Origin: Candidatus Uhrbacteria bacterium CG10_big_fil_rev_8_21_14_0_10_50_16
Lineage (GTDB): Bacteria; Patescibacteriota; Patescibacteriia; UBA9934; UBA11717
Direction of reading: 5' to 3'
DNA length: 64,000 nucleotides
Assembly (NCBI GenBank): GCA_002774875.1
Contig: PCYM01000001.1
Span: 118,153 to 182,152 of the forward strand
The notes under the pieces are model-generated. The model ran no database searches. It saw nothing but the letters and a program-made list of their open reading frames with translations, and was not told the origin of the DNA. Position numbers and translations under genes: made by a program. Shown here one piece after another: positions 61,825 to 64,000 of this stretch (positions are counted from its first letter, which is position 1; each line of letters starts with the position of its first letter).

Positions 61825-62226
61825 CTAGAGGCGTCGTGGTTTTGGCGCGCGACATCCGTTGTGCGGTGTTGGCGTTACATCCGTGACAGAGAGAATTGAG
61901 AGACCCGACGTGTTCAATGTTCGAACAGCGGAATCTCGTCCTGAACCAATTCCATTAACAGAGACATTGACTTCCTTGACGCCATAAGCAGATGCTTTCT
62001 TAACAACGTCTTCTGCGACCTGTGAGGCAGCGTAGGGAGTAGATTTCTTTGGACCTTTGAATCCAAGATGTCCAGAACTGGACCAAGCGAGCGCGTTTCC
62101 GTTCAAGTCGGCGATCGTAATGATCGTGTTGTTGTAAGAAGAGTGAATGTGCGCCTGTCCGTGAGGAACTTGACGTGCGACCTTCTTTTTAGCGCGTGAC
62201 TTTACTGATTTCTTGTTTGCAGCCAT
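61825..62226 (-). CDS. rpsK: 30S ribosomal protein S11
   Basis: [23 protein letters not shown] signature. Confidence 0.9.
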   Translation of the reverse strand: MAANKKSVKSRAKKKVARQVPHGQAHIHSSYNNTIITIADLNGNALAWSSSGHLGFKGPKKSTPYAASQVAEDVVKKASAYGVKEVNVSVNGIGSGRDSAVRTLNTSGLSILSVTDVTPTPHNGCRAPKPRRL

Positions 62227-62229
62227 AGA

Positions 62230-62616
62230 CTATTTCTTTGCGACGGTTCGTCGACCACTACTTGCCGTCTTTCGTACATTTCCGCGCATGGTGCGGCTAT
62301 TGGTCTTTGTTCGCTGACCACGTAGCGGAAGACGCTTTGTGTGACGTTCACCACGGTAAGAACCAATGTCCTTTAGCCGCTTAATGTTTCCAAGAATCTC
62401 ACGACGTAAATCTCCCTCCACATGTCGGTTCTTCTCGAGAACGGTTCGAATCTTTAAAATATCCGCCTCGGCAAGGTCCTTGACACGAAGGGATTCGTCG
62501 ACTCCGGCTTCTGCCAAAATCTTTTTTGACGTTACAAGCCCCACACCAAAGATATAGGTGAGTCCGATAACGATGCGCTTCTCGCGCGGTAAGTTAACTC
62601 CTGCGATTCGTGCCAT
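62230..62616 (-). CDS. rpsM: 30S ribosomal protein S13
   Basis: [16 protein letters not shown] signature. Confidence 0.9.
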   Translation of the reverse strand: MARIAGVNLPREKRIVIGLTYIFGVGLVTSKKILAEAGVDESLRVKDLAEADILKIRTVLEKNRHVEGDLRREILGNIKRLKDIGSYRGERHTKRLPLRGQRTKTNSRTMRGNVRKTASSGRRTVAKK

Positions 62617-62618
62617 AG

Positions 62619-62732
62619 TTATCCTTGTCGTTGCTTATGCTTTGGATTGATACAGATTACACAAACACGGCGATTCCTTCGAATCACCTTACAATTACGG
62701 CACATCGGTTTTGTTGAGGCTCGTACTTTCAT
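62619..62732 (-). CDS. rpmJ: 50S ribosomal protein L36
   Basis: 37-aa [40 protein letters not shown] found by hand; below the ORF-track size cutoff. Confidence 0.8.
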   Translation of the reverse strand: MKVRASTKPMCRNCKVIRRNRRVCVICINPKHKQRQG

Positions 62733-62788
62733 AGTCTTGCTATTCAGCGAGGAATAGATTTGTTCCAAGGCATTGCCTGGGAGTTCAT

Positions 62789-63007
62789 TTAGAACCGATA
62801 GGTCAAGCGACCTTTCGAGAGATCATATGGACTCAGCTCCACTTTCACCTCGTCTCCGGGTAAAATCCGGATACGGAAGCGACGCAGTTTACCGGCAAGA
62901 TGTGCAGTGACCTCTTGGCCACTTTCGATCACCACTCGGAATTTTGCACCCGGAAGAAGTTCTTCAACAACTCCACGGACTTCAATTGCGTCATTATTCG
63001 AACCCAT
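62789..63007 (-). CDS. infA: translation initiation factor IF-1
   Basis: 72 aa from the ATG at 63007; S1-like fold sequence ([57 protein letters not shown]). Confidence 0.85.
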   Translation of the reverse strand: MGSNNDAIEVRGVVEELLPGAKFRVVIESGQEVTAHLAGKLRRFRIRILPGDEVKVELSPYDLSKGRLTYRF

Positions 63008-63144
63008 AGTTTGTAACGTGGGTGAGGTTAGCAAATTCTTAACAAATTTGCAGGTGGAGATAACGAGGGGAATTCTAAGGGTTTTCTCTAAATCTGTCAA
63101 GGACTTGACCTTTATCTGTCCACAGTGCAGTAAAAACACCTTGT

Positions 63145-64000
63145 TTATTGGGTTTTCTTACCTTCCCGAGCCTTCACGGCAGTTTTACCTATCACAGCCT
63201 TAATGCGACGAATTCCGGACGAGGAAGATTCTTCCTTCAAAATGGCAAACGCCCCCAGGTCGCCCGTGTGTTCCACATGAGGCCCGCCACAGATCTCTCG
63301 AGAGAAGACGCCCTGTTCTGCGTCACCCGCGGTATAGACCTTAATTTTGTCGCCCAAAAGCGCGTATTTATCCTCAAAAAGCCCAATTGCCCCGGCATTT
63401 TTGGCTTCCTCTACGGTCATCATCTCAAATCCCATCGGAAGATTCGCTTGAATTTGCTCGTTTACAATGCTCTCAACTTCAGCTTTTTGCGCGTCTGTAA
63501 GCTTGTCTGGATGTGAGAAATCAAACCTAAGCCTCTCAGAGGTTATGTTGCTTCCCTTTTGCTCCACATGGTCACCCAGCACCATTCTGAGCGCTTTATG
63601 AAGCAAATGTGTGGCTGTATGGAGCTTCGTGGTCTCGTCTGAGTGATCTGCCAATCCGCCAGCAAATTTCTGCTCCGCACCAGCCCGCGAGAGGTTTTGG
63701 TGGTTGGTGAATTCTGCCTGAAACGTCTCTCGATCCACCTGTTGACCCTTTTCTCGTACAAGCTCTTCTGTTAATTCGATTGGAAATCCGTAGGTTGAGT
63801 AAAGAATAAATGCCTCTTCCCCACTCACGTTTTTCCGTGCATCAAAGATTTTTTCAAATTCACGCAAACCTTTTGCAAGTGTTTTGGTAAATTTAGCTTC
63901 CTCCGCATTTATCGCATTAATGATCGCCTCGGTCTTATCCGTAAGATCGGGATAGGCGGGCTCAAGTGTATTGATCGCAACACGAGCGATCGACTCAAGA
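63145..64000 (-). CDS. alaS: alanyl-tRNA synthetase, 3' portion (gene continues beyond the window); short form lacking the C-Ala domain
   Basis: [11 protein letters not shown], editing-domain [12 protein letters not shown] and CGGPHV..GAFAI motifs; frame stays open upstream of the TTG the ORF track printed as M, to the window edge. Confidence 0.75.
   Translation of the reverse strand, partial: LESIARVAINTLEPAYPDLTDKTEAIINAINAEEAKFTKTLAKGLREFEKIFDARKNVSGEEAFILYSTYGFPIELTEELVREKGQQVDRETFQAEFTNHQNLSRAGAEQKFAGGLADHSDETTKLHTATHLLHKALRMVLGDHVEQKGSNITSERLRFDFSHPDKLTDAQKAEVESIVNEQIQANLPMGFEMMTVEEAKNAGAIGLFEDKYALLGDKIKVYTAGDAEQGVFSREICGGPHVEHTGDLGAFAILKEESSSSGIRRIKAVIGKTAVKAREGKKTQ

Noticed and set aside
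63145-63867. Stand-alone 240-aa ORF starting with M at 63867 (as printed in the ORF track), considered as an AlaX-like editing protein
   Set aside because: The printed M is a TTG codon. The frame remains open to the window edge and the upstream translation matches the AlaRS catalytic-domain C-terminus, so this is the 3' part of alaS.

Overview
This 64-kb window (roughly 50% G+C by eye) comes from a compact bacterial chromosome and is mostly housekeeping. Coding density is high, several gene pairs overlap by 4 bp, and many intrinsic terminators are visible. The organism cannot be named from the sequence.

Gene content:
- Translation and RNA modification: metG, class-I lysK, serS, gltX, the 3' end of alaS, rsmI, an rlmD-like methyltransferase and an RluB/RsuA-type pseudouridine synthase.
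- Energy: a complete F1Fo ATP synthase operon (atpI-like, atpB, atpE, atpF, atpH, atpA, atpG, atpD, atpC).
- Cell shape and envelope: mreBCD-mrdA, an FtsQ-like protein, an M23 peptidase, a DsbA/VKOR disulfide-bond operon, and a surface-glycan locus (TagA/WecG-type transferase, O-antigen-ligase-like protein, GT2, GT4, Wzx flippase).
- Other housekeeping: clpB, pepA, a peroxiredoxin, tdk, a family-4 uracil-DNA glycosylase, a UvrD-helicase/nuclease fusion, and a priA-like/def/fmt cluster.
- Ribosomal and RNA-polymerase blocks: rpsI-rplM and rplQ-rpoA-rpsD-rpsK-rpsM-rpmJ-infA.

The unusual parts:
- A G+C-rich ~1.3-kb island between atpC and lysK, carrying a decayed gene and a promoter-driven pair of small orphan ORFs.
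- A G+C-rich orphan gene beside a MazG-like gene.
- A promoter-to-terminator noncoding unit of ~390 nt upstream of the rlmD-like gene, which may be a structured RNA.
- A 720-bp gene-free spacer between convergent genes, bracketed by exact 24-nt direct repeats.
- A tandem pair of near-identical stem-loops between cvpA and tatD.
- A PriA homolog that has lost its helicase motifs.
- An rpoA that lacks the alpha-CTD.
- An N-terminally truncated FMN-reductase pseudogene.

All calls rest on reading the sequence and ORF translations, with no database searches. The ORF track prints M for GTG and TTG starts, so some listed starts are alternative codons.
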